DNA of 42,521 nt from Patescibacteria group bacterium (GTDB lineage: Bacteria > Patescibacteriota > Microgenomatia > UBA1406 > GWC2-37-13). The stretch covers positions 1-42,521 of the forward strand of contig JBBTSP010000001.1 in NCBI GenBank assembly GCA_038064655.1, in the 5' to 3' direction. A model generated the notes under the pieces. It searched no databases. It was not told the DNA's origin and saw only the letters and a list, made by a program, of their open reading frames with translations. Positions within the stretch are counted from its first letter, which is position 1, and each line of letters starts with the position of its first letter. The position numbers were made by a program, and so were the translations under genes. Below, piece after piece: positions 9,630-18,292 of this stretch.

Positions 9630-10565
9630 ATGAAGAAAAAAATTTCGATTGTAGTTCCATGTTTTAATGAAGAAGCGAATATTGAATCAACATATAAAAA
9701 AATAGAATCTGTTTTAAATAAACTTCATCTATATGATTTTGAATATATTATTGTTGATAATGGTAGCGAAGATAAAACAAGGAATCTAGTTAAGAAGTTA
9801 ATAAAAAAGGATAAGCGAATCATAGGAATATTTTTGTCCAGGAATTTTGGTCCAGAAGCGTCAATAAATGCTGCTTATACATATGCAACCGGAGAAGCAA
9901 TAATAGGAATTGCTGCTGATTTGCAAGATCCTCCAGAACTAATTCCTCAATTTATAAAAAAGTGGGAACAAGGAAATGATATTGTATTTGGGATATATAC
10001 AAAAACTGAAGACCCCATATTTATTACTTGGTTAAGAAGAATATTTTATAAAATATTTAAATATATTTCGAATATAGATGTCCCAGTAAATGCCACCGGA
10101 TTTGGTTTAGTTAGTAGAAAAGCACTAAACGCATTTTTGTCACTTCCAGAAAAATTTAGATTTAGTAGGGGGCTCTTATCATGGGTTGGTTTCAAGCGAG
10201 ATTATGTTTATTACAATAAAAATCGAAGAGAGAGAGGAAAAAGTTCTTATAATATCTTTGATTATGTGAAACATGCTGAGAGAGGAATCTTCGGATTTTC
10301 ATATTTGGTATTAGATTTAATGGTTTATGGAGGGTTCATTTTGGTATTTTTTTCATTTTTATTTATTATTGGATATTTATACACAGTTTTTGTGATAGGC
10401 AATCCTATCAATGCTTCAATCCCAATCATGTTGGGGATAGTTTTTTTTGGAGGAATTCAATTACTGGCGATTTCTATTATAGGCAAATACATCCAAGTGA
10501 TCGTTGAGGAAACGAAAAATAGACCCATCTACATAGTTGACGAAACAATTAACGTTAAAAAATAA
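9630..10565 (+). CDS. GT2 polyprenyl-phosphate glycosyltransferase (GtrB/ArnC-like)
   Basis: SIVVPCFNEE, VDNGSEDKT, LSRNFG, ADLQDPPE, two C-terminal hydrophobic helices, ETKNRPIYIV. Confidence 0.9.
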   Translation: MKKKISIVVPCFNEEANIESTYKKIESVLNKLHLYDFEYIIVDNGSEDKTRNLVKKLIKKDKRIIGIFLSRNFGPEASINAAYTYATGEAIIGIAADLQDPPELIPQFIKKWEQGNDIVFGIYTKTEDPIFITWLRRIFYKIFKYISNIDVPVNATGFGLVSRKALNAFLSLPEKFRFSRGLLSWVGFKRDYVYYNKNRRERGKSSYNIFDYVKHAERGIFGFSYLVLDLMVYGGFILVFFSFLFIIGYLYTVFVIGNPINASIPIMLGIVFFGGIQLLAISIIGKYIQVIVEETKNRPIYIVDETINVKK

Positions 10566-10573
10566 TTGTTTTT

Positions 10574-12352
10574 TTATGGCCGATTGACTTTTTTAAATTC
10601 ATTTCGATCTAAGAATGGAAACATATCTTCATACGGTTTAGCAACTAAAGTTCCATCAGGTCGTTTTTCTGATGCTATTCTTGGAATTAAGAGTTGCCAG
10701 TCTGGTGTCATCACATCACAAATGACTGGACCTTTAAAATCAAGAACCTCTTTGACTTTTTTTTCAACTTCATCTATTGAACTGATTCTCACTCCCTTGA
10801 TTCCATAGGCCATGGCAATTTTAAGAGAATCTGGACACCAGACGCCATTTTTTGCGCTTTCTCCCATGAGTCTTCCTTCCATAAAATTTTTTTGGGTATG
10901 TCTGATCAACAAATAACCGTTATTATTAAAAATAAAAACTTTTATGGGAAGATTATTATATTTGATCGTGGCAAATTCTTGAATGTTGAATTGGAGACTA
11001 CCGTCCCCTGTTATCACAATCGTATTTGCCCGATTATTTGCCAAACAGGCGCCGATTCCGGCCGCCCAATAACCCATAGAAGAAATACCACCAGTAGTCA
11101 AAAAGCGCTGATTCTTTTTTATTTTCCATGTTTGGCAGGCGACATGAAAACAGGAACCCGTATCAACCAAAATCATATCTTTATCAGATGCAAGTTTGGA
11201 TAATTTTTCGGTAAAATAATAAGAATTAATCGGTTTTTCCTTTTTATATTCCGGCAAAACCACCTGATATTTATTTTTCCAAAAATTGCATCTTTTAATC
11301 CAGTTATTATAATTGGAAAACTTATACTTGGTTAATTGCTTTAATAATTCTTTTAAAAATAATTTGATATCGGAGTGGATTTTCAGGAAAATGTCAACTC
11401 CTGGTTTTTCGAGTTCCTCAATGTCAATATCGACAACAACTTTTTTAGCATTCTTACCAAATTCTTTTGAGTTATGACCAACTGTTGAAGTTGAAAGTCT
11501 TGAGCCAACGGCTAAGATAAAATCAGAGTTTTGAATGGCAAAATGAGCGGCTCTTTCCCCATAAGTGCCTGGTCGACCAACATATAATTTATTGTCACTA
11601 TCGATAAGATCAATTCCAAGTCTTGAGGTAATCACTGGCATTTGAAGTTTTTTGACAGTTTCATCAAATTCTTTGAAAGCATTTGCCAACCTGATTCCCT
11701 GGCCAACAAAAAGAATTGGACGTTTTGACCTTGATAGTATTTTTAATGTCTCTTTTACCTTTAAAGAAAGATTATTATCTTCATCACTGCTTTCTTCAGG
11801 GACAAATTCTTTTAAAAGTTTCTCAGGAACTTTCATTCTTTGAATATCGAGAGGAACTTCGATCCAAACCGGGCCCGGTCGGCCATTTAAAGCTAAATAA
11901 TAAGCTTTTTGCATATAATATTGTATTAAAGAAGGATCGTCGACGGTAACAAAATACTTTGTGACCTTTTCAACGATCGGCTTGATATTTATTCCCTGAA
12001 TTCCATATTGTCTAATCTTGGTTTTTTGCTGATACTGGACGTAAGATAAAGCAGACTGGCCGGAAATAACCATCATTGGAGCCGAATCAACCCAACCACC
12101 AACGACTCCATTCATGATGTTGATGGCGGCCGGTCCGGCAGTAACTAAAGTAACTCCTAATTTTCCAGTAATGCGACCATAAGCATCAGCTGACATTCCC
12201 AAAGCCTGTTCATGGTGACCACAAATATATTTCAATTTTTTGTTACGAAAAACCGCATCATTCAAAAACATAGCCTGACCACCGGTAATCATGAATACAG
12301 TATCAACCCCTTTTGAGGACAAAAATTTAAAGATATAGTCGCTGACAGTCAT
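10574..12352 (-). CDS. ThDP-dependent enzyme 2 (YerE/ErwE-type sugar-branching carboligase)
   Basis: HHEQ, TAGP, WVDS, RPGPVW, GDGS...NNNGY, KPYEDMFPFL. Last gene of the GT2-dmpF-dmpG unit. Confidence 0.85.
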   Translation of the reverse strand: MTVSDYIFKFLSSKGVDTVFMITGGQAMFLNDAVFRNKKLKYICGHHEQALGMSADAYGRITGKLGVTLVTAGPAAINIMNGVVGGWVDSAPMMVISGQSALSYVQYQQKTKIRQYGIQGINIKPIVEKVTKYFVTVDDPSLIQYYMQKAYYLALNGRPGPVWIEVPLDIQRMKVPEKLLKEFVPEESSDEDNNLSLKVKETLKILSRSKRPILFVGQGIRLANAFKEFDETVKKLQMPVITSRLGIDLIDSDNKLYVGRPGTYGERAAHFAIQNSDFILAVGSRLSTSTVGHNSKEFGKNAKKVVVDIDIEELEKPGVDIFLKIHSDIKLFLKELLKQLTKYKFSNYNNWIKRCNFWKNKYQVVLPEYKKEKPINSYYFTEKLSKLASDKDMILVDTGSCFHVACQTWKIKKNQRFLTTGGISSMGYWAAGIGACLANNRANTIVITGDGSLQFNIQEFATIKYNNLPIKVFIFNNNGYLLIRHTQKNFMEGRLMGESAKNGVWCPDSLKIAMAYGIKGVRISSIDEVEKKVKEVLDFKGPVICDVMTPDWQLLIPRIASEKRPDGTLVAKPYEDMFPFLDRNEFKKVNRP

Positions 12353-12353
12353 A

Positions 12354-13409
12354 TTATAATAATGATTCTATCTGATAATCTTCATTTTTAAACTCTTTTT
12401 TCTGTTTGAGAAAATTGGCCACATCGATAATAATATCTTCTTGTCCGCCGACGACCTTTCTTCTACCTAATTCTTTGAGAATATCTCGTACATCGACACC
12501 AAATTTGATAGCCGCTTTTTCCGCATGGGGAGCAAAGCCGGAAAAGACTCCGGCAAGACCACTGGTGAGAGTTATATAATTAATTTCAGGAGATTTTTTC
12601 ATTAATTTAGCAATAATATTTTCACTATTATCCATTAATTGATAAAGATCAAGTCCTGTTTTATAACCTATTTTTTCAAGAACAGCAACAATTACTTCAA
12701 GTTGGCAGTTTCCAGCCCCAGCTCCAAGTCCACGGGAACAGGCGTCGATAATCTTTGCTCCGGATTCAACCGCAATTAAAGAATTGGCAATGGCCATGCC
12801 CAAATTATTATGAGCGTGAAAACCAACCTCAACTTTCAAGCCCTTGACTAAAGTTGAAACTTTTTCGGTCACATCCTGAGGAAGATATGTTCCCGCTGAG
12901 TCCATCAACATTACCCCACTAGCTCCATATTCCTCCATCAGTTTTGCCTGGGCAAGAAGTTCCGACTCCGAAATCATATGAGACATCATTAAGACTCCAT
13001 AAGTTTTTATATTATTTTTTACAGCATATTGAATATGCTGACGAGTGATATTGGCTTCAGTACAGTGGCAGGCGACCATCATCACTTCAATCCCCGCTTT
13101 AATTGCCGGAGCAATATCATTTTTGATGGTTCCAAAACCAGGAATAAGAAAAGCACCGAGCTGGGTTTTTTTTAATTGTTTTTTGGCAGTTTTTAGCATT
13201 TCCTGATCTGACAATAATGAAATTCCCAGTTGAAGAGAAGAAGCGCCCAGTCCATTACCATGTCCAACGATAAGAATTTTTGTCCCAGCTAATTCAGCCC
13301 CCCTAGCATATTGAGTAATATCTTGAGCGGTAAGTTGGTGTTTCATGGCGTGGGATCCGTCACGAAGTGTTGAATCAACGATTAAAATTTCTTTATTATT
13401 ATTTTTCAT
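12354..13409 (-). CDS. dmpG: 4-hydroxy-2-oxovalerate aldolase (DmpG/MhpE)
   Basis: DSTLRDGSH, HGNGLG, HCTEA, GFHAHNNLG, GAGAGN, C-terminal VGGQEDIIIDVA communication domain. Confidence 0.92.
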   Translation of the reverse strand: MKNNNKEILIVDSTLRDGSHAMKHQLTAQDITQYARGAELAGTKILIVGHGNGLGASSLQLGISLLSDQEMLKTAKKQLKKTQLGAFLIPGFGTIKNDIAPAIKAGIEVMMVACHCTEANITRQHIQYAVKNNIKTYGVLMMSHMISESELLAQAKLMEEYGASGVMLMDSAGTYLPQDVTEKVSTLVKGLKVEVGFHAHNNLGMAIANSLIAVESGAKIIDACSRGLGAGAGNCQLEVIVAVLEKIGYKTGLDLYQLMDNSENIIAKLMKKSPEINYITLTSGLAGVFSGFAPHAEKAAIKFGVDVRDILKELGRRKVVGGQEDIIIDVANFLKQKKEFKNEDYQIESLL

Positions 13410-14304
13410 GTTTTTTTGTTTTTAATTTTCGTCTGGCGTATTCTTCGGCTACGGCAATAGCTGCACAGTTAATTATATCTAAATTTCCGGCGTAAATTGG
13501 AAGATAATCTCCCCTTCCGACTACTTCAATCATAGTTGTTAATTTACCATCGTCAAAGATGGGTTCTAAAACAAGTTTATATCCAGGGACATATTGCTGA
13601 ATTTTTTTAACTACTTTTTTTATTTCTTCTGTAATTAATTCTATTTTGGGATTTTTCATTTTGGCATAAATAGTATTATGCATCAATATTGGCGGATCGG
13701 CCGGATTAAGATTAACGATTGCTTTTGCTTTTTTTACACCGCTAAAATACATCAAAGCTTCGCTGGTTGTCTGGGTATACTCATCGATATTATTTCGTGT
13801 CCCAATGCCTGCCGATTTTGAGGAGATACTGGAAACAATCTCAATATATTCAGTATCCGGATTAATTTTCATAATTGCCTGTGCGATGGGTATAGTTGCT
13901 TGTCCTCCGCAACTTACCATATTAATATTAAATTCTTTTAAAGATTTATTAAGATTAATAATTGGTATACACATCTTTCCGATTCTCGATGGGGTCATAT
14001 CAATGACAAATTTTTTCAGTCTTTTTAATATGGGGGCATTATACTGATGGGCTTCGGCTGAGGTTGCGTCAAACACTATTTCACAAAGTCCAGGACTTTT
14101 TTCAATAGCGCGAATTGATTCAAATGAAGTTTTGACCCCAAGTTTTTTAGCTCTGGCAATCCCTTTTGACTCAGGATTGTGTCCGGTAAAAATTCCACAT
14201 TCCAGTACGGGCGATCTTAAAATTTTGGTTAATAAGTCTGAGCCGATATTTCCCGTGCCGATTATACCAACTTTTATTTTTTTTGAAGCGGTTCTTTCCT
14301 TCAT
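13399..14304 (-). CDS. dmpF: Acetaldehyde dehydrogenase (acylating), DmpF/MhpF
   Basis: IIGTGNIGSDL, FDATSA, NMVSCGGQATIP (catalytic Cys), GTRNNIDEY, YAGNLDII. Adjacent to dmpG. Confidence 0.92.
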   Translation of the reverse strand: MKERTASKKIKVGIIGTGNIGSDLLTKILRSPVLECGIFTGHNPESKGIARAKKLGVKTSFESIRAIEKSPGLCEIVFDATSAEAHQYNAPILKRLKKFVIDMTPSRIGKMCIPIINLNKSLKEFNINMVSCGGQATIPIAQAIMKINPDTEYIEIVSSISSKSAGIGTRNNIDEYTQTTSEALMYFSGVKKAKAIVNLNPADPPILMHNTIYAKMKNPKIELITEEIKKVVKKIQQYVPGYKLVLEPIFDDGKLTTMIEVVGRGDYLPIYAGNLDIINCAAIAVAEEYARRKLKTKKHEK

Positions 14305-14307
14305 TGT

Positions 14308-15243
14308 TTAAAAATTAACCTTATTTTTAATAATAAAAGATGGACGGGCTTTGACTTCATCATAAATACGGGCTAAATATTCGCTGATAATTCCAAGGAC
14401 AAAAAAAAGAATTCCAAATAAGCTCAAGGTTAGTATGATCATTGTTGCGGCTCCGGGTGCTTCTCGTCCATGGACGAGAAATAAATAAAGATAAAAAATA
14501 ATCATAAAAAATGAGACGACGGTAATTCCGATTCCAAGAAAAGTGACAAATCTTAAAGGTAAATAAGAGAAAGAAAAGATACCGTTGAGGGCGACCTTAA
14601 GAGCTGTTTTAAAATCAGCTTTTGATTCTCCGGCAAATCTGTTTGCCCGGTTAAATGAAATACCAATATGTTTGAAGCCGGTCCACATAATCAAGCCTCT
14701 TAAATATTTATTCTGTTCCCCCATTTGGTTGATTGTTTGATAAACCCTTTTATCAATTAATCGAAAGTCGCTGGCATTTTCAGGGAACATGTTTTTTGTA
14801 AATAAATTAATTATTTTATAAAATAAAACAGAGCTGACATTTCTAAAAAAACCGGCAGTTCTTTTTTTGACCTGGCCATAAACAATTTCATACCCGGCTT
14901 CCCATTTTTCGATAAACTTGGAAATAAGATCAATCGGCTCTTGAAGATCAGCCATCATGATAACGCAGGCGTCTCCTGTCACAAAATGCATACCGGCCGC
15001 AATGCCGCCGTCGCAACCAAAGTTTTTAGAAAGCTGAAGTATCTTTAATCGTCGATCTTTTCGGGAAAATTTTTGTAAGAGAACAAAAGAATTATCAACA
15101 GAGCCGTGTTCAACAAATACGACTTCAAAATCATAAGCGGGATTTTTATTCATAAAGTTTGTCAGTTGTTTAATTAATTCAGGGATTCCAAGAGATTCAT
15201 TATAAATCGGAATGACAACAGAGATAAGTTTTTTAGATTTCAT
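14308..15243 (-). CDS. GT2 polyprenyl-phosphate glycosyltransferase (GtrB-like)
   Basis: SVVIPIYNE, LSKNFG, ADLQEP, SDFRLID, two C-terminal TM helices, EVKARPSFII. Start 15243 chosen because the ATG at 15252 overlaps a TATAAT box. Confidence 0.88.
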   Translation of the reverse strand: MKSKKLISVVIPIYNESLGIPELIKQLTNFMNKNPAYDFEVVFVEHGSVDNSFVLLQKFSRKDRRLKILQLSKNFGCDGGIAAGMHFVTGDACVIMMADLQEPIDLISKFIEKWEAGYEIVYGQVKKRTAGFFRNVSSVLFYKIINLFTKNMFPENASDFRLIDKRVYQTINQMGEQNKYLRGLIMWTGFKHIGISFNRANRFAGESKADFKTALKVALNGIFSFSYLPLRFVTFLGIGITVVSFFMIIFYLYLFLVHGREAPGAATMIILTLSLFGILFFVLGIISEYLARIYDEVKARPSFIIKNKVNF

Positions 15244-15288
15244 TGTTCTCATTATACAATATCATTATTTTTTTGGTAAAATAATTTC

Positions 15289-16530
15289 ATGTTTATTCCC
15301 GGCAAGACCTACATACCAGTCTCAGGAAAAGTTTTTGATAAAGAAGAGATAAATAATGCCATTGAAGCGGCCAAAGACGGCTGGTGGACTGAAGGAAGAT
15401 GGGCTAAACAGTTTGAATCAGATTTTAAAAAATTTCTTGGTGTCAATTACGTTTCACTTGTTAATTCCGGTTCTTCAGCTAATTTAGTTGCATTGGCCTG
15501 TTTAACTTCAACAGTATTTGGCGAACGGCAATTAAAACCGGGTGATGAATATATTACTACATCAGTCGCTTTTCCAACGACTGTTAATCCCGGACTTCAA
15601 TATGGTTTAAAACCGATTTTTATTGATGCGGAACTTGATACTTTAAACATTGACGTTGATCAAATTGAGAAAGCGATTACAAAGAAGACGAAATTAATCA
15701 TGGTCGCTCATACTTTAGGTAAACCATATAACTTAAAAAAAATCATGAAATTGGCAAAAAAATATAATCTTTGGGTGATTGAAGATTGCTGTGATGCATT
15801 GGGTAGTAAATATAAAGGTAAGATGGTTGGCACTTGGGGAGATATAGCAACACATAGTTTTTACCCAGCGCACATAATCACGATGGGAGAGGGAGGCGCT
15901 GTGACAACCCAAAACCCATTAATTCATCGGTCAATTCGGCAGTTTCGCGATTGGGGTCGGGACTGTTGGTGTGATACGGGAAAAGATGACACCTGCAGAA
16001 AAAGATTTGGTTGGAAATTGGGAGAGCTACCTCAAGGTTATGATCATAAATATATCTATTCTCAGATTGGCTATAATTTAAAATCAACTGACTTTCAAGC
16101 CGCCATTGGCTGTGCCCAACTAAAAAAACTCCCCGATTTTATCAAAAAAAGACAAGAAAATTATAAAATTCTTTATAATTTTTTTAGTCAATATAAAAAA
16201 TATTTTATTTTGATGAAAGAGGATAAAAATGAGGAAGTGAGCTATTTTGGATTTCCGGCAATTGTTAAACCTCACTCCCCTTTTACCCGTAATCAACTGA
16301 CAGAATATCTGGAAAATAATAAAATCGGCACAAGAAATATTTTTTCCGGCAATCTCCTCCGTCATCCGGCTTACCTGAAATTAAAAAATAAATTTAAAAT
16401 CATCGGTAATCATAAAAATGCCGATTTAATTATGAACAATGCTTTTTGGTTGGGAGTTTGGCCGGGAATTAATGATGAAATGATAACGTATATTAAGGAA
16501 AGAATATTTAATTTTCTTCAAATTTATTAA
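15289..16530 (+). CDS. rfbH: CDP-4-keto-6-deoxyglucose 3-dehydrase (E1, RfbH/DdhC)
   Basis: NSGSSANL, FPTTVNP, EDCCDALGS, SFYPAH (His in place of the Schiff-base Lys), RDCWC...TC...YDHKY Fe-S ligand motif. Confidence 0.93.
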   Translation: MFIPGKTYIPVSGKVFDKEEINNAIEAAKDGWWTEGRWAKQFESDFKKFLGVNYVSLVNSGSSANLVALACLTSTVFGERQLKPGDEYITTSVAFPTTVNPGLQYGLKPIFIDAELDTLNIDVDQIEKAITKKTKLIMVAHTLGKPYNLKKIMKLAKKYNLWVIEDCCDALGSKYKGKMVGTWGDIATHSFYPAHIITMGEGGAVTTQNPLIHRSIRQFRDWGRDCWCDTGKDDTCRKRFGWKLGELPQGYDHKYIYSQIGYNLKSTDFQAAIGCAQLKKLPDFIKKRQENYKILYNFFSQYKKYFILMKEDKNEEVSYFGFPAIVKPHSPFTRNQLTEYLENNKIGTRNIFSGNLLRHPAYLKLKNKFKIIGNHKNADLIMNNAFWLGVWPGINDEMITYIKERIFNFLQIY

Positions 16531-17278
16531 TCAAATAAGCTTGAATATATTCAAATCTCTCCATTAATTTGTTACGTTCACCCATTGGTACAAAAGGTCG
16601 CATATCAGTTTCAAATTCTTTCTCAGAGATTTTTTTTATTGAATTCAATAATTTTTTATTTGAATAATCTGTTTTTTGGTAATACTTTAGCTTTTCTTTA
16701 ACTAAATCGTTGTTTATGAGTGTGCCTTGCGATATCAGAAACCAAAGATCAAAAAGATCTCTCCCCTTTTTCCTCGTTAAAAGAGCTCTGATTTTTTCGG
16801 CACATATTTCTTCACGCGAAAGATGATAAATAAATGAAGTAAAAATAACTGGATATATCGTATCAAATGTTGATTTGCTTGGTTGAAGCACTTTTTCTCT
16901 AAATGAAAAATCAAGATTAATAAATGTTGCATAAGGCAGGATATCGCGAGTGGCTGTTAGCAAAAATCGTTTGCCGGTAATAGTTTTTCTTTCCTTAAAA
17001 GAAAACTCCCCTTCTTTTACAAATTCTTTAAATATTAAATTAATAAGTGATAAAAATTCGTCTTCAGAAGAAGTAACTGTAAAATCTAAATCTTCAGAAA
17101 ATCTTGAAGCACCGAGTAAAAAATGGATAGCGGTTCCTCCTTTAAAAAAAACTTGAGAACTTTTTTCGTTTTTATAAAGCTTATTTAAAAAAAGGATTTG
17201 CAGATATTCACGGTAAATCGTTGATTCATTTGTTTTAAACTTACGAGCAAATGAATTGATTTGATCTTTTGTAATCAT
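16508..17278 (-). CDS. AbiEii-family nucleotidyltransferase toxin (type IV TA)
   Basis: FKGGTAI, RFSEDLDF, EKIRALLTR, RDLFDL. Confidence 0.9.
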   Translation of the reverse strand: MITKDQINSFARKFKTNESTIYREYLQILFLNKLYKNEKSSQVFFKGGTAIHFLLGASRFSEDLDFTVTSSEDEFLSLINLIFKEFVKEGEFSFKERKTITGKRFLLTATRDILPYATFINLDFSFREKVLQPSKSTFDTIYPVIFTSFIYHLSREEICAEKIRALLTRKKGRDLFDLWFLISQGTLINNDLVKEKLKYYQKTDYSNKKLLNSIKKISEKEFETDMRPFVPMGERNKLMERFEYIQAYLINKFEEN

Positions 17279-17280
17279 AC

Positions 17281-17877
17281 TTAAATATTTTTAAAATTTG
17301 CAGTTGCCTTTTTAAATTGACTTGTTTGAGGATATTTTAAGATATATGATTTGAGTTTTGATTTATTAATTAATGATAAATCGTATTCTTCGAGATGAAT
17401 TTTTTTTATACCTTTTGAAGAAAGATAAAGTTGGTCAACAAGGGCTTTTTCTTTGTCAGCAATGAGATAATTATCTTCTTTTATATATCCCCAGAAAAGC
17501 GATTTTTTAAGATGGTAATATCCATATTCTTTTTCATTGAACTTTTTTAATCGGGTCTGACCAAGGGTGGCACTCGTTACTTCATATGGGAATTGCGAAA
17601 GAACACCATAAAAACTTAAGGCACTTTCAAATGATACGTATGACGACTCGTACATAAAATTAGCTAATGCAAATTCACTGCAAGAATATTTTTTTAAACT
17701 GTATTTGTTTCGCTCAATTTTAATCAGTACTCCACTTTCAATCAAACGATTGACGATATTAAATAGAGAACTGGATTTATCTATATTCAAATGCTCTCTT
17801 AATGTTTTGAGTGTGAATAATTGAGTAGATGATTCATATATTTTTTTGGTTAAAAAACTCATATCGTACAATTTCAT
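17281..17877 (-). CDS. AbiEi-like antitoxin / transcriptional regulator (type IV TA)
   Basis: N-terminal wHTH-like segment (RLIESGVLIKIERNKY), SYVSFESALSFYG, IADKEKALVD. Upstream of abiEii with a 2-nt gap. Confidence 0.85.
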   Translation of the reverse strand: MKLYDMSFLTKKIYESSTQLFTLKTLREHLNIDKSSSLFNIVNRLIESGVLIKIERNKYSLKKYSCSEFALANFMYESSYVSFESALSFYGVLSQFPYEVTSATLGQTRLKKFNEKEYGYYHLKKSLFWGYIKEDNYLIADKEKALVDQLYLSSKGIKKIHLEEYDLSLINKSKLKSYILKYPQTSQFKKATANFKNI

Positions 17878-17886
17878 ATACTATCA

Positions 17887-17915
17887 ATCTTAAAGAGTTT
17901 ATGCAATCTTGTCAA
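17887..17915 (-). promoter_or_regulatory. Sigma70-type promoter of the abiE operon
   Basis: Minus strand TTGACA (17915-17910), 17-nt spacer, TAAGAT (17892-17887), 9 nt before the ATG. Confidence 0.7.
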
Positions 17916-17982
17916 GAGCATTTTTATAATAAAATTCATTATGTTGATACGAGGTAAGAAAGTGTAGTAATATATACACTAT

Positions 17983-18174
17983 ATGGATACGAAGAAAATA
18001 ACAAATATTTATAAAGAAACATCGGCATTAGTTTGGAAGGAAGCGAATCTTTTTATGGCAAAATCCCTTATCGTTATTGTTCCTAATCACAAACAGATAG
18101 CCCACGGAACCCTTGAAAGTATATTAAAACAATCAGATATGAGTTATCTTGAATTTGAATCTTACTATAAATAA
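17983..18174 (+). pseudogene. hicB-N/hicA-C chimeric remnant
   Basis: C-terminal VIVPNHKQIAHGTLESILKQS is a HicA signature. N-terminal ALVWKEANLFMAK resembles HicB first strands. The HicA GSH catalytic motif is absent. Confidence 0.6.
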
Positions 18175-18292
18175 TGCCGACTTAATTATGAATAATGCTT
18201 TTTGGCTGGGAGTATATCCTGGAATTTCAAAAAATACGATTAAATATGTTAAAGAAAAAATAAAAGATTTTATCATGTCTCTCCATATATGA
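18173..18292 (+). pseudogene. Orphan second copy of the rfbH 3' end
   Basis: NADLIMNNAFWLGVYPGISKNTIKYVKEKIKDFIMSLHI* versus rfbH NADLIMNNAFWLGVWPGINDEMITYIKERIFNFLQIY*. 38/41 nt identical to 16417-16457. Its TGA overlaps the next ATG (ATGA). Confidence 0.9.

Noticed and set aside
4778-12352. Annotation of the two ThDP genes as ilvB (branched-chain amino acid synthesis)
   Set aside because: No small subunit or ilvC/ilvD nearby, and both are embedded among NDP-sugar genes.
12354-14304. Aromatic degradation (meta-cleavage) operon
   Set aside because: No dioxygenase, hydrolase or hydratase genes. The flanks are a GT2 and a ThDP enzyme.
16417-18213. Autonomous integrative element with attL/attR, or a fresh target-site duplication
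   Set aside because: No recombinase is present, and the repeats differ at synonymous sites, which points to homologous gene copies.
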